A DNA stretch of 64,000 bases from Verrucomicrobiia bacterium (GCA_035387945.1 DAOOOX010000016.1:25918-89917), one strand, 5' to 3'. Shown: positions 8,548-18,432, counted from the first letter of the stretch. Notes: a model not told the origin generated them from the letters alone. Program-made: numbers and translations.

Positions 8548-11208
8548 CTATGGCCGTTGGCCCTGGTCCCATTCGAGGGCGACCTGAAGGCCACTGGCCT
8601 GCGAAGTGTAATAGATCCTTCCGTTGGAGACCGCGGGGCCGACGCACTCGCGCGAGTCGATGCAGGGGCCGGTCGAGACAAGCCGACAGCCGTCAGACAG
8701 GTCGATGAGATCCATGTTCGCGCCCAGGAGGTATGGCCAAGAGCAGGTGAATCGCGTGCAGGCGTACCCATAATTGAACTTGGAGAGGATTCGGCCATTG
8801 GATGGATCGATGACGTGGCCGTCATCGCCCGATGCGTTGGAGAAGAGGTGGCCCCCGGCGATGGTGACAACATTGACGGCGGAGCGCACCGGATCGGATT
8901 TCCAAATAAGTGAGCCATCTTTGGCATTGAGGCAGAGGACATGTTTTGTCTTAGTGGTCTCATCGGCGATGTTGTAACCGCCGAGGTAGAGGCGACCGTC
9001 CCGTCCGGAGAGCGTGCAGCCTGCCGTGACGAATGAGTTCGTGCTGAGCCACAGCGTTTTTCCGGATTGGGGATCGAGCGCGGCGGTCAGGCCGTTTGGA
9101 CCCGGGCGGTGGCCGCGGGCCTCGCGCTTGGTGGGCGAATAGCCGAAGAAAGTGGAATAGTACAGGGTACCGTCCATCAGGCACAGGCCGCAGTCGTTGC
9201 CGCCCGAGCCGAGTTCGCCGAAATCACGCTCCCAGACGACCTTGCCTGTCGAGCGATCCCACGCCCAGATCTTGGGGCGATTGTCGCGGGGATAGAACGG
9301 ATTGTCGTGGGTGTAGATCCAGCTCATGAGTTCGGATCCGTCGGGGGAAGGCTGGGGATCACCCTTCATGACAAAAGGTTTTTCGGTGCCCTGGGCCGCA
9401 TAGCGGCCGGATCCCGATGCGTAGATTGCGAGGTTGCCAGCGAGGATCGGTGGGGCCTGCCTGCTCCAGCTGGGCGAGCCGGTAAAGTCCGCCTCCCAGA
9501 CGAGGTCGCCGGTGGCGGCATCGAGGCATCGCATGCGGGACCCTTTCGGGCCGGCCTGGGGGAGGAACAGCTGGCCCGCGTCGTGGATGGGGGCGGTGAA
9601 CGAAAGGTGCACGTCGGGCCAGTAGCGCCGCCAGAGCAGTCGACCGGTCTCTTGTTCGACGGCGAATATCTGACCTTCCGATGTGTGCGTGTACATGCGG
9701 CCGCCGCCGCAGACCGGGATGTGTTTGAACGTTCCCTCGTAACGCCTGATCCAGCGGATCCGGAGCGGGGGCTTTAGCCCCTGGGGATTGGAATTTGAAT
9801 TGGCAAGGTCGCGGTAGTTGGTGTTCCAGTCGTGGCTCGCATCGGTGTATTGCCCGCTGAGCGGGGTCCGAATGCGCTCCAGGGCGATCGCTTTGCTCGG
9901 GGGAGGGGCGTGCCCATCCGGGCCGAGCGCATAGATGTGTCCGTCCTCGCAGCCGAAATAAATATGGCCGTCGGCGACCGCAACCGGCGCCGAGATTGCC
10001 TTGCCAAAGGGCGTCTGGAACGACCAGGCCGGGGCGCCGCCCGAGAGCGGGATCGCGTGGAGCCGCCCCCCAAGATCGCCATAGATCGCGTGACCGCGGA
10101 TCAGCGTGGGCGGCGCGATCGCCGCGGGCGCGGCCAGGCACTGCGTCTGATTGGTTGCGGTGGAATGGCGCACCAGGCCGAACCCCTCCTCGGGCCGGGT
10201 GCGAAAAACATCGGCGCCGCGAATGGCCACGGCAGAAAAACTCAGCGCCCCGGGGAGGTTGATGGCGGTTTCGGTGCCCGCGACGGGAGAGCCTTCCACC
10301 TTGGCATCGCGCAGGCGCAGCATCTCTACCCGGCCGTAATTGTCCCTCCGGTGCCACTGGACGAAGACGGCGCCATCCTCGCCGATGCTCTGGCCGAAGG
10401 CCGCGGCATATTCTTTGCCCCCGTATTGCGGGATCTCGCCTATCGACAGCAGCTTGGCCTCACGACCCCCATCGTGCAGGAAGACGGTGCGGCCGCCAGC
10501 CGGCACAACGAGGGTGTCGCCGTATGCCGCGGGATCGCGCGAACAGCAGAAGTGGTCGCGCCAGTTGACGCGCGCCTTCTTGAACGCGAGCCAGGCCTGC
10601 CCATCCCAGCGGTCACCGTCGAAACCGATGACTTCCTTCACGAAATCCCATGTCCATGCGACCGCGCCATCCGATTCCAGCGCGAAAATCTTGGCTCCTA
10701 GGGTGGCGACGTAGACGCGACCCCCCATGACGACAGGGCTGGCGAACACCGGTTCGCCGCAGGCGACCTGCCGCACAAGCCGACCGGTCTCGCGCGCGAG
10801 GACGATGTGGTTTCCCGCCGTGGTACCGAAGTGAACATAGGGCCCGCAGATCGCCGGCGAAGAGACGTTGCTATAATTACGGATCTCGGCGGGAGAGGCA
10901 AATCTCCAGATCGTCTTGAGCGTCCGTGCGTCCAGACAAAACGCGACCCCCGAACCATCGACGGCATAGAGGCGACCATCGGCCAGCACCGGAGACGTGA
11001 AAATCGCATCTGTCAATGGGGCCGCGGCGATCAGCCCGAGGGGGAATCGGACATCGCGGTCCGGGGCATTGCCAGAGTGGCGCGCGTCGAATTGGAACTG
11101 GGGCCAATCCTCAGCGCGCGGCGACGATGTCCCAATGGCCATGACCATCATGGCCCCAATGCAGCTCATCGCCCTCAAAGGAATCACGAAATTACTCCTA
11201 ACTTTCAA
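8548..11208 (-). CDS. large PQQ-like beta-propeller repeat protein, secreted
   Basis: 886 aa with a signal peptide. It has many blades such as DGRLYAVDGSGVAFCLDARTLKTIWRF, MRCLDAATGDLVWEADF, KIWAWDRSTGKVVWERDF and LCLNAKDGSLIWKSD. Confidence 0.8.
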   Translation of the reverse strand: MKVRSNFVIPLRAMSCIGAMMVMAIGTSSPRAEDWPQFQFDARHSGNAPDRDVRFPLGLIAAAPLTDAIFTSPVLADGRLYAVDGSGVAFCLDARTLKTIWRFASPAEIRNYSNVSSPAICGPYVHFGTTAGNHIVLARETGRLVRQVACGEPVFASPVVMGGRVYVATLGAKIFALESDGAVAWTWDFVKEVIGFDGDRWDGQAWLAFKKARVNWRDHFCCSRDPAAYGDTLVVPAGGRTVFLHDGGREAKLLSIGEIPQYGGKEYAAAFGQSIGEDGAVFVQWHRRDNYGRVEMLRLRDAKVEGSPVAGTETAINLPGALSFSAVAIRGADVFRTRPEEGFGLVRHSTATNQTQCLAAPAAIAPPTLIRGHAIYGDLGGRLHAIPLSGGAPAWSFQTPFGKAISAPVAVADGHIYFGCEDGHIYALGPDGHAPPPSKAIALERIRTPLSGQYTDASHDWNTNYRDLANSNSNPQGLKPPLRIRWIRRYEGTFKHIPVCGGGRMYTHTSEGQIFAVEQETGRLLWRRYWPDVHLSFTAPIHDAGQLFLPQAGPKGSRMRCLDAATGDLVWEADFTGSPSWSRQAPPILAGNLAIYASGSGRYAAQGTEKPFVMKGDPQPSPDGSELMSWIYTHDNPFYPRDNRPKIWAWDRSTGKVVWERDFGELGSGGNDCGLCLMDGTLYYSTFFGYSPTKREARGHRPGPNGLTAALDPQSGKTLWLSTNSFVTAGCTLSGRDGRLYLGGYNIADETTKTKHVLCLNAKDGSLIWKSDPVRSAVNVVTIAGGHLFSNASGDDGHVIDPSNGRILSKFNYGYACTRFTCSWPYLLGANMDLIDLSDGCRLVSTGPCIDSRECVGPAVSNGRIYYTSQASGLQVALEWDQGQRP

Positions 11209-11252
11209 TTCTGCCCGGGTTCAGCCGCCTGTCGAGCCGGGAGGTCCGTCCT

Positions 11253-11937
11253 GAATCGCGCCGTAGGAGCGGTTTCGCTGTAATCTTCCGGTGCCCCGCA
11301 GCGATGGCGTCTCGCAGAGACGCTCCACAAATGGGTTCGGGTTGGCCTTAGAGGGATCGCGGTCACTGCAAGAGGAATGGGATTTCTCTTGCCGTGGACC
11401 GGCCACATTTGAAATCCTTCATCACATGGCCAGGCCACCGCGTGTGCCGGTGTGGCTGCCGTTGGATCAGCCCGTCACTTACTTCGTGACGCTCGGCATT
11501 GCCGGGCGCCGGCGCGTGCTCGACAACGCGGCGGCATGGAACGCGTGCCGCCACACGCTCGCGCGATTGGACCGGTGGCAGACACTGGCATGTACCCTCA
11601 TGCCCGACCACGCGCACTTCCTGGTGGGCCCCATCCGGGACAGGGATGCGCCGTTGGGTCAGTGGATGAAGTGGTTCAAACGATGGTTCTGCCATGTCCA
11701 TCCCCACGACTGGGAATGGCAGGAGGGCGGATTCGATCGGCTCTTGCGCGGGTCTGAAAGCGCCGAGGAGAAATGGCGGTACATCCGGGAGAACCCCGTG
11801 CGCGCGGACTTGGTTCAGCACTGGGAAGCATGGCCCTATTCCTTCGGTTTTGGCAGGGACAATTCTCCGCCCACCCGATTGTAGGCCGTCTCTGCGAGAC
11901 GGCGGCGGGTGATGGGGCGGCGTCTGACACAGACGCC
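11253..11937 (+). mobile_element. REPtron-like unit: RAYT gene plus flanking REP hairpins
   Basis: GTAGGAGCGGTTTCGCT lies at 11263-11279. An inverted hairpin lies at 11306-11328 (minus-strand GTGGAGCGTCTCTGCGAGACGCC). The RAYT CDS follows. GTAGGCCGTCTCTGCGAGACGGC lies at 11881-11903 and a further hairpin ggcgtctgacacagacgcc at 11919-11937. Confidence 0.7.
11426..11884 (+). CDS. REP-associated tyrosine transposase (RAYT, Y1/IS200-like transposase domain)
   Basis: 152 aa from ATG 11426. HUH motif in MPDHAHFLV, and a Tyr context KWRYIRENPVRA near the C-terminus. The longer track ORF (from 11291) would run through a REP hairpin, so it was trimmed. Confidence 0.8.
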   Translation: MARPPRVPVWLPLDQPVTYFVTLGIAGRRRVLDNAAAWNACRHTLARLDRWQTLACTLMPDHAHFLVGPIRDRDAPLGQWMKWFKRWFCHVHPHDWEWQEGGFDRLLRGSESAEEKWRYIRENPVRADLVQHWEAWPYSFGFGRDNSPPTRL

Positions 11938-11985
11938 CCACAGTCCCACATTTCCTGTCCCGGGGGTCCCGCCCGGAGGGCGGGA

Positions 11986-13386
11986 TCACAGCGACGACTT
12001 GATCGCCTCAATGATCGGCTGGGGCAGGATGCCCAGGGCCAAAATGCCTCCGACCAGCGCGACACAGAGCGCGCGGGTGGGGAAGTCGATGACGACCGCG
12101 GGGCGGTCGGCGGGATCGCGAAAGAACGTCTCGCGCACCACGGCCAGATAGTAGTAGATGGCGATGACGGTGTTGACGACGGCGATGACGACGAGGGCCA
12201 GGTGGCCCTGGTTCAAGGCCGCCTTGAGTAGGGCGAGCTTTGCGGTGAATCCGGCGAAGGGAGGTATGCCCGCCAACGCAAATATGCCGACGCCCAGGGT
12301 GACGGCGAGCATGGGCGAACGGCGGTGCAGGCCCGCCAGTTCCTCCATGGCGACGTTGGTGCCGTCGCGGGAGACGCGGCAGATCGCCACGAAGCATGCG
12401 ATCACCATCAGCGCGTACGCGAAGATATAGTATATGGCCGCAGTGTAGCCATCCCGATCCATGGCGACGAAACCCAGGAGGGCATAGCCTGCGTGCGCGA
12501 TGCCCGAGAAACCGAGCAGGCGCTTGAGGTCATTCTGCATGAGGGCAACGAGGTTGCCATAGAACATCGATGCGCCCGCGAGGACCGCCATGAAAAGGGA
12601 AAGCGTTGGATCGCCAGGTGAGGCGAGCGACACGAAGCGCACGAGGACCGCGACCGCGCCGATCTTCGGGAGCGACGCGATGAGGCCCGCTGTTTCGTTG
12701 GAGGAGCCCTGATACACGTCGGGTGTCCAGAAGTGGAATGGGAAAACCGCTAGCTTGTAGTACAAGCCGCAGAAGGTCATCGCGAGACCGACGAGCGCCA
12801 CGGGCGAGCCGAGAAAAGGCTGTAGCCGGGGCATCAGATCCCGGAGCGATGTGGTGCCGGTAAGCCCGAACAAATAGCTTAACCCGAAGAGCATGATGCC
12901 ATTGGCCGCTATGCCAAACATGATGTATTTGATGGCCGACTCCATCTGGGTGCGCTGCCCCTCCCGTTCTCGCCGCATGGCCACCATCACGTACAGGGGG
13001 AACGCCGAAAGCTCGAGGGCGACCACGAGGGTGATCACGTCGATGCTGCTGACCAGCATCATCAGGCCGCTGACGCTGGCCGTCAGGAAGAAATAGTACT
13101 CCGGTTTGATCTCACCCTGGATGTCGGGGAGTTTCCCCTTCATCAGCAGCACGAGAACAAACCCTATGGCGAATGCCAATTTGAGGATCTGAGAGAACAG
13201 GTCGACGCGGTAGGCGCCATCGAAGAGCGTGGCCTCTTGGCCCAAGGTAACGGCGGCAGCCAGCACGGTCGCGGCCGATGTCACCAGGGCGATCACGCGC
13301 GCCTCGCGGGTGCGCCCCTTGCCGAGGGTGACGAAGAAGATCGCCAGCGCTCCGAGCAGGATCAGGGATTCTGTGAGGAAGGGCAT
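11986..13386 (-). CDS. nuoN: NADH-quinone oxidoreductase subunit N
   Basis: 466 aa polytopic protein. LELSAFPLYVMVAM and KYIMFGIAANGIMLFGLSYLFGLTGTTSL are typical NuoN motifs. It is the last gene of the nuo operon. Confidence 0.9.
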   Translation of the reverse strand: MPFLTESLILLGALAIFFVTLGKGRTREARVIALVTSAATVLAAAVTLGQEATLFDGAYRVDLFSQILKLAFAIGFVLVLLMKGKLPDIQGEIKPEYYFFLTASVSGLMMLVSSIDVITLVVALELSAFPLYVMVAMRREREGQRTQMESAIKYIMFGIAANGIMLFGLSYLFGLTGTTSLRDLMPRLQPFLGSPVALVGLAMTFCGLYYKLAVFPFHFWTPDVYQGSSNETAGLIASLPKIGAVAVLVRFVSLASPGDPTLSLFMAVLAGASMFYGNLVALMQNDLKRLLGFSGIAHAGYALLGFVAMDRDGYTAAIYYIFAYALMVIACFVAICRVSRDGTNVAMEELAGLHRRSPMLAVTLGVGIFALAGIPPFAGFTAKLALLKAALNQGHLALVVIAVVNTVIAIYYYLAVVRETFFRDPADRPAVVIDFPTRALCVALVGGILALGILPQPIIEAIKSSL

Positions 13387-13417
13387 AGGTCTCAGGGTCG
13401 GCCGGTCGTTCGCGGGC

Positions 13418-14914
13418 TCATGGTCTGGGCACGAGCCCTTGGCCAGCCTGTTGGATCAGTTGATCCACGCTGGCGTGGAGCACGCGCATGAAGGGTTCGG
13501 GATTCAGTCCGATCCAGAAAACAAAAATGACAAGGGGGGCGAGCGCGCAGACCTCGCGCAGATCGATGTCACGAAGTCCGTCGTGCCCGGGGTTGCTCGT
13601 TCCGCCCCAGGCGACCCGCTGCAGCATGCGCAGGTTATAAGCGGCGGAGGCCACGACCCCCGGAACCGCGAGCAGGGTGAGCCACCGGGAGTACTCGAAG
13701 CTGCCCTTGAGCACGAGGAACTCGCCGATGAAGCTGTTCGTGCCCGGAAAGGCCAGCGACGAGAGGGCGAACACGCCGAAACACGTGATGAAGGCGGGCA
13801 TGTGTTTGCCGATGCCGGCCGCGGCGCCCAGCTCGCGGGTGTGGAGCCGCTCGTAGAGCATGCCAACGGCCACGAACAGTGCGCCCGTCGTGACACCGTG
13901 ATTGATCATCTGCAGCATCGCGCCCTCGATGCCGGATCGCGTGAGCGTGAAGATGCCAAGGGTGACGAAGCCCATGTGCCCCACGCTGGAGTAAGCGACG
14001 AGTTTCTTGAGGTCGGACTGCGCCAGGGCGGCAAAACCGCCGTAGACGATCGCCGCAACCGAAATGCCCGCGACCCACGGCATGAAGATGGCGGTGGCGT
14101 TGGGCGCCATGGGCAGGCAGAAACGCAAGAACCCGTATCCGCCCATTTTGAGGAGGATGCTGGCCAGCAGGACACTGCCGGCCGTGGGGGCCTCCACGTG
14201 CGCCGCCGGCAACCACGTGTGGAAGGGCACCATAGGCACCTTGATCGCAAATGAGATGGCCATCGCCAGAAAGATCCAGCACTGGAATCCGACGGGATAG
14301 CCCCGGCCCATCATGCCAGGGATGTCGAAGCTCCCGGTCTGCAGCCGGAGCGCGATCAGCGCGACCAGCAGGAAAATTGATCCCGACATCGTGTACACGA
14401 AGAACTTGATCGCCGCGTAGATCTTCCTCGGGCCGCCCCAGACCCCGATCATGACGCTCATGGGGATTAGCATCGACTCCCAGAAGACGAAGAACAGGAT
14501 CGCATCCAGCGCGCAGAAGACGCCGATCATGGCCGACTCCATGATGAGGAGGCAGACCATGAATTCCTTGACCCGCGTCTTGATATAGCGCCACGAGGCG
14601 AGGACGCATATGGGCATCACCAGGGTCGTGAGGAGCACCAGCAGCAGGCTGATGCCATCGACGCCGAGGGAATACTCGATCTTGAGGGCCGGGATCCAAG
14701 GGTGGCGTTCGACGAATTGGAACGCGGCGGTCGAGACGTCGAATCTGGAATACAGGGGGAGGGAGAAGGCGGCGTTGGCCAGCGTGAACAGGAGTGCCCA
14801 CCACCGCAGGGCGCGGTCGCTCCGGAGCGCGACGGCGATGGCGGCCGCGGCGAGCGGCGCGAAAATCAGTATGCTCAGCACGGGGATGGCCCCGGTATGC
14901 GTTTCGGCGGTCAT
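13418..14914 (-). CDS. nuoM: NADH-quinone oxidoreductase subunit M
   Basis: The start was trimmed to ATG 14914 (MTAETHTG), which overlaps the nuoL stop (ATGA). It carries GVDGISLLLVLLTT and FVFWESMLIPMSVMIGVWGGPRKIYAAIKFFVYTMSGS. Confidence 0.9.
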   Translation of the reverse strand: MTAETHTGAIPVLSILIFAPLAAAAIAVALRSDRALRWWALLFTLANAAFSLPLYSRFDVSTAAFQFVERHPWIPALKIEYSLGVDGISLLLVLLTTLVMPICVLASWRYIKTRVKEFMVCLLIMESAMIGVFCALDAILFFVFWESMLIPMSVMIGVWGGPRKIYAAIKFFVYTMSGSIFLLVALIALRLQTGSFDIPGMMGRGYPVGFQCWIFLAMAISFAIKVPMVPFHTWLPAAHVEAPTAGSVLLASILLKMGGYGFLRFCLPMAPNATAIFMPWVAGISVAAIVYGGFAALAQSDLKKLVAYSSVGHMGFVTLGIFTLTRSGIEGAMLQMINHGVTTGALFVAVGMLYERLHTRELGAAAGIGKHMPAFITCFGVFALSSLAFPGTNSFIGEFLVLKGSFEYSRWLTLLAVPGVVASAAYNLRMLQRVAWGGTSNPGHDGLRDIDLREVCALAPLVIFVFWIGLNPEPFMRVLHASVDQLIQQAGQGLVPRP

Positions 14915-16707
14915 TGCGCGAGGGCCCTCGAGATAATGAGGAATATTAGGATGATGGCGGATGCGGCCGCGAACGTGAACGCGAGGGTCTCCTGCATCCG
15001 GCCGCGCTGGACGGTTCGCAGGCGGCCGGCGATGCCCGAGACGGCCCTCGCGATCCCATCCACGCAACCATCGATCACGCCGTCATCAAACTTGCCGACG
15101 CCGCGGGCCGTCTCCATCAGTGGCCCGAGTCCCATGGTGCGATATGCCTCCCCGACCGCGGTGTCCGTCGATTGGACGGGTTTCTTGGCCAGCCAGAGAA
15201 CCAGGCGTCCGGCCATGCGGTAGAACCAGTCCGTGTCGAGGCTGATGGTCGGCTCGGGCTCGAGTTTCTTGACGAGCAGGAAGAAGCCGACGGCCGTGAA
15301 CAGGAGGATCTGGAGCGTCTCCGAGACGTGGTAGGCGGTGTACGGATGGTAATCCACGGGATAGGGGAGCATCGCGTAGAGATAGGGGGTGTAGCAGCCG
15401 ATGAAGATGCAGAGTACCGAGGCGACGGCCATGGCGGCGTTCATGTTCCACGGGGGCTCGGCGGCGCGCTGCCACGTCTCGGGCTTGCAGTTGTTTTTGC
15501 CGAACCAGATAAAGTAGGGGACCTTGAGTCCGGTGTGGAGGAAGGTGCCCACCGACGCCAGCATGAGGAGGAACCCGGCCCAGAGCTTGTGCTCCTCGAA
15601 GCCGGCCGCGACGATCATCGACTTGCTGACGAACCCGCTGAAGAGGGGGAAGGCGGAGATCGACAGTCCGCCGATGAGCGTGAAAAGGAAGGCCCACGGC
15701 ATCTTTTTGTAGAGGCCGCCGAGTTCGGTGAACTTGCTCTCGCCAGTCATGTGGAGCACGGCGCCGCAGCCCATGAACAGGAGGCCCTTGTAGAGGATGT
15801 GGGCGAAGGCGTGCGCGCAGGCACCATTGATGGCCAACTGCGTGCCCAGTCCGACGCCGGCGACCATGTATCCGACCTGGCTGATGATGTGGTAGGCGAG
15901 CAGGCGGCGGCAGTCGTTCTCCAGCACGGCGTAAACGACGCCGTAGAGGGCCATGGCCACGCCGAGCGCCACGAGGATCTCCATGCCCGCGAACCCCCGG
16001 CAGAGGGCGTAGACGGCGGTCTTGGTGGTGAAGGCCGAAAGGAAGACCGAGCCATTGAAGGTGCCCTCGGCATAGGCGTCCGGGAGCCACGCGTGGAGCG
16101 GCGGGACGGCGGCGTTGAGGATGAAGCCGGTCATCACAAGATAGGCGGCGGGCGTCGGATGGTGCACGTCGAACGCGGTGAATGCCCAGCCGTGGCCGCC
16201 GCTCTTGCAGTGAAGGATGATCCCGGCCAGCAGCGAGAGCCCCCCCGCCGTATGCACCAGCAGATACCTGAAGCCCGCCGCGAGCGATCCGGGCCTGCGC
16301 CGGAACCACACCAGGAAGACCGAGGAGAACGCCATGATTTCCCAGAAGAGGAACAGCGTCAGAAAATCCCCCGCGAAGATGGCGCCCAGCGAACCGGCCG
16401 CATACGTCCACGCCGCCATGTGCTGGCCGTCCTCTTTGACATGGAGGCCGTACAGGGTCGCGATGGCGCAGGTCAGCGCCATGATATAGCCGAAGATCGA
16501 ACTGAGTGCATCGACCCGCCCGAAGGTCAGGGTCCATTCGAGAAAGTGCACCTCGCCGAACGTTCCGCGGCCCAGCGACAGGACGCGCGCGAAGGCGAGG
16601 GCCGGCAGAAGCAAGAGGTAGGCCTTCTTTAGGCGCGCGGGCACGAGCGGCAGCAGCGCGGCGCCGAGGATCAGGATCAGCGAGGGATGCAGCCAGAACT
16701 CACTCAT
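14911..16707 (-). CDS. nuoL: NADH-quinone oxidoreductase subunit L-like (antiporter module plus C-terminal lateral-helix segment)
   Basis: 598 aa with an antiporter-like core (FLFWEIMAFSSVFLVWF). The C-terminus FDDGVIDGCVDGIARAVSGIAGRLRTVQRGRMQ plus a final TM helix matches the NuoL HL-helix and TM16 pattern. Confidence 0.8.
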   Translation of the reverse strand: MSEFWLHPSLILILGAALLPLVPARLKKAYLLLLPALAFARVLSLGRGTFGEVHFLEWTLTFGRVDALSSIFGYIMALTCAIATLYGLHVKEDGQHMAAWTYAAGSLGAIFAGDFLTLFLFWEIMAFSSVFLVWFRRRPGSLAAGFRYLLVHTAGGLSLLAGIILHCKSGGHGWAFTAFDVHHPTPAAYLVMTGFILNAAVPPLHAWLPDAYAEGTFNGSVFLSAFTTKTAVYALCRGFAGMEILVALGVAMALYGVVYAVLENDCRRLLAYHIISQVGYMVAGVGLGTQLAINGACAHAFAHILYKGLLFMGCGAVLHMTGESKFTELGGLYKKMPWAFLFTLIGGLSISAFPLFSGFVSKSMIVAAGFEEHKLWAGFLLMLASVGTFLHTGLKVPYFIWFGKNNCKPETWQRAAEPPWNMNAAMAVASVLCIFIGCYTPYLYAMLPYPVDYHPYTAYHVSETLQILLFTAVGFFLLVKKLEPEPTISLDTDWFYRMAGRLVLWLAKKPVQSTDTAVGEAYRTMGLGPLMETARGVGKFDDGVIDGCVDGIARAVSGIAGRLRTVQRGRMQETLAFTFAAASAIILIFLIISRALAQ

Positions 16708-16960
16708 CGTAGTAGTCCTCCCGCTGCATGATCCCGAGGTGGCCGAACCACTTCGAGGCGATGATCAGTATGGCGCAGCCCACGAATCCGAACACCGACC
16801 AGAAGGCGGGGATGTGCTCTGCCGCGGTGTGGGCGTGTTCCTTGTCCACGATCGCGGGGAAGGCGTCGAGCAGGATCAGCAGGGCGAGCGCGCCGAGCGA
16901 GATGCGGATGACCGCCCTGAGGTGATCGTGGAGGAATTCTATGATCCGAAGGAGTCTCAT
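16700..16960 (-). CDS. small two-TM membrane protein embedded in the nuo operon (unknown family)
   Basis: 86 aa. Its start overlaps the upstream stop (ATGA) and its stop overlaps the nuoL start by 8 nt. Two hydrophobic helices are present (ISLGALALLILLDAF and FWSVFGFVGCAILIIA). Confidence 0.6.
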   Translation of the reverse strand: MRLLRIIEFLHDHLRAVIRISLGALALLILLDAFPAIVDKEHAHTAAEHIPAFWSVFGFVGCAILIIASKWFGHLGIMQREDYYDE

Positions 16961-18432
16961 GGCAGTACGGCCTGGGCAAATCGCATGAAGAAGTCAGGGT
17001 AGATGCCGATGGCCACCGAGATCACCGCGGTGATCACGAGTGGCACCACCATCGAGGGATGCGCCTCGGAATAGGCGTGGCCATCATCCGCGGCGGGGGC
17101 CTTCCCGAAGAAGCCGTGGTACACGATCGGCGCGAAATAGGCGGTGTTGAGCAACGTGCTCGTGAGAAGGACGACGATGATGCCGACCGATCCGGCGTCC
17201 CACGCGCCGTTGAGCAGGTACCACTTGCTGACGAAACCGGCGACGGGCGGGGCGCCGATCATGCTCAGCGAGGCGACCGCAAAGGCCCCGAACGTGAAGG
17301 GCATCGAGCGGCCGAGGCCGGACATCTCGGAGATCTTCTTCTTGTGGGTGGCGACGTAGATCGCGCCAGCGCAGAAGAACAGCGTGATCTTGGAGAAGGC
17401 GTGGTTGGCGATGTGGACCAAGCCGCCCTCGATGCCGGCGGGCGTCAGCAGGGCGACGCCCAGGATGATATAGGAGAGCTGGCTGACGGTGGAGTAGGCG
17501 AGCCGGGCCTTGAGGTCGTCCTTGCTGAGGGCGATGATGGAGGCGACCACGATGGTGAACGAGACGAAATAGGCGGTCGGAAGCCCGAGGTTCAGGGCGG
17601 CCATGCGATCCACCCCGAAGACATAGAGCATGACTCGCACCGTCGAAAAGACACCGACCTTCACGACCGCGACCGCGTGCAGGAGGGCGCTGACGGGGGT
17701 TGGCGCGACCATCGCGCTCGGAAGCCAGTTGTGCAGTGGCATGACCGCGTTCTTCGCGAAACCCAATATGCAGCAGGCGTACAGCGCGGTCACGATGCCG
17801 CGATGGACGTCGGGCGGGAGGATTCCCGTTCGGATGCCCGGGGCGAAATCCAGCGTCCCGGAGAGGACGTAGACGAGGACCATGGCGGGCAGGATGAGGC
17901 CCTTGGCGGTGCCGGTCAGGTAGACGAGGTACTTGCGGCCGCTGGAGTAGCCCTCCTCGTCCTGATGGTGGGCGACCAGCGGATAGGTGCAGATGCTCAC
18001 GACCTCGTAGAAGAGGTAGAGCGTGAGCAGGTTCGCCGCGAAAGCGCAGCCCACCGCACCGAACAGCGTCAGCGCAAAGCAGGTGTTGAACCTGGTCTGG
18101 GCATGCTCGTTGAGCCCCCGCATGTAACCGGCCGAATAGAACACCGTCACGACCCAGAGGAACGAGGCCGAGACCGCAAAGATCATCGCGAGAGGATCGG
18201 CCCGGAGCGCGATGTTCAACCCGGGCAGAAGGTGGAACAGGGTGAGCCTGGGAATTGCCCCAGACCGGACGTCGGGGACCAGTGAGGCGGTGGCCAGGAA
18301 AAGGACAAGCGCCGCGACGAAGGAGCAGGCCTCGCGGAGATTGTGGCGTTTGCCGGCGGCCATGACCAGGCCCGCGCCCACCAGTGGGGCCAAGACCGCG
18401 ATCAGCAATCGGATGTCCTCTGGGGTCCCCAT
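16957..18432 (-). CDS. additional antiporter-like subunit (MrpD/NuoL-M-N family) between nuoK and nuoL
   Basis: 491 aa. ADPLAMIFAVSASFLWVVTVFYSAGYM and LYLFYEVVSICTYPLV are typical of the Proton_antipo_M core. It has no lateral-helix tail. Confidence 0.8.
   Translation of the reverse strand: MGTPEDIRLLIAVLAPLVGAGLVMAAGKRHNLREACSFVAALVLFLATASLVPDVRSGAIPRLTLFHLLPGLNIALRADPLAMIFAVSASFLWVVTVFYSAGYMRGLNEHAQTRFNTCFALTLFGAVGCAFAANLLTLYLFYEVVSICTYPLVAHHQDEEGYSSGRKYLVYLTGTAKGLILPAMVLVYVLSGTLDFAPGIRTGILPPDVHRGIVTALYACCILGFAKNAVMPLHNWLPSAMVAPTPVSALLHAVAVVKVGVFSTVRVMLYVFGVDRMAALNLGLPTAYFVSFTIVVASIIALSKDDLKARLAYSTVSQLSYIILGVALLTPAGIEGGLVHIANHAFSKITLFFCAGAIYVATHKKKISEMSGLGRSMPFTFGAFAVASLSMIGAPPVAGFVSKWYLLNGAWDAGSVGIIVVLLTSTLLNTAYFAPIVYHGFFGKAPAADDGHAYSEAHPSMVVPLVITAVISVAIGIYPDFFMRFAQAVLP

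Noticed and set aside
11291-11425. Upstream extension of the RAYT ORF (197-aa version)
   Set aside because: It would translate through the inverted REP hairpin. The conserved transposase domain begins right after ATG 11426.
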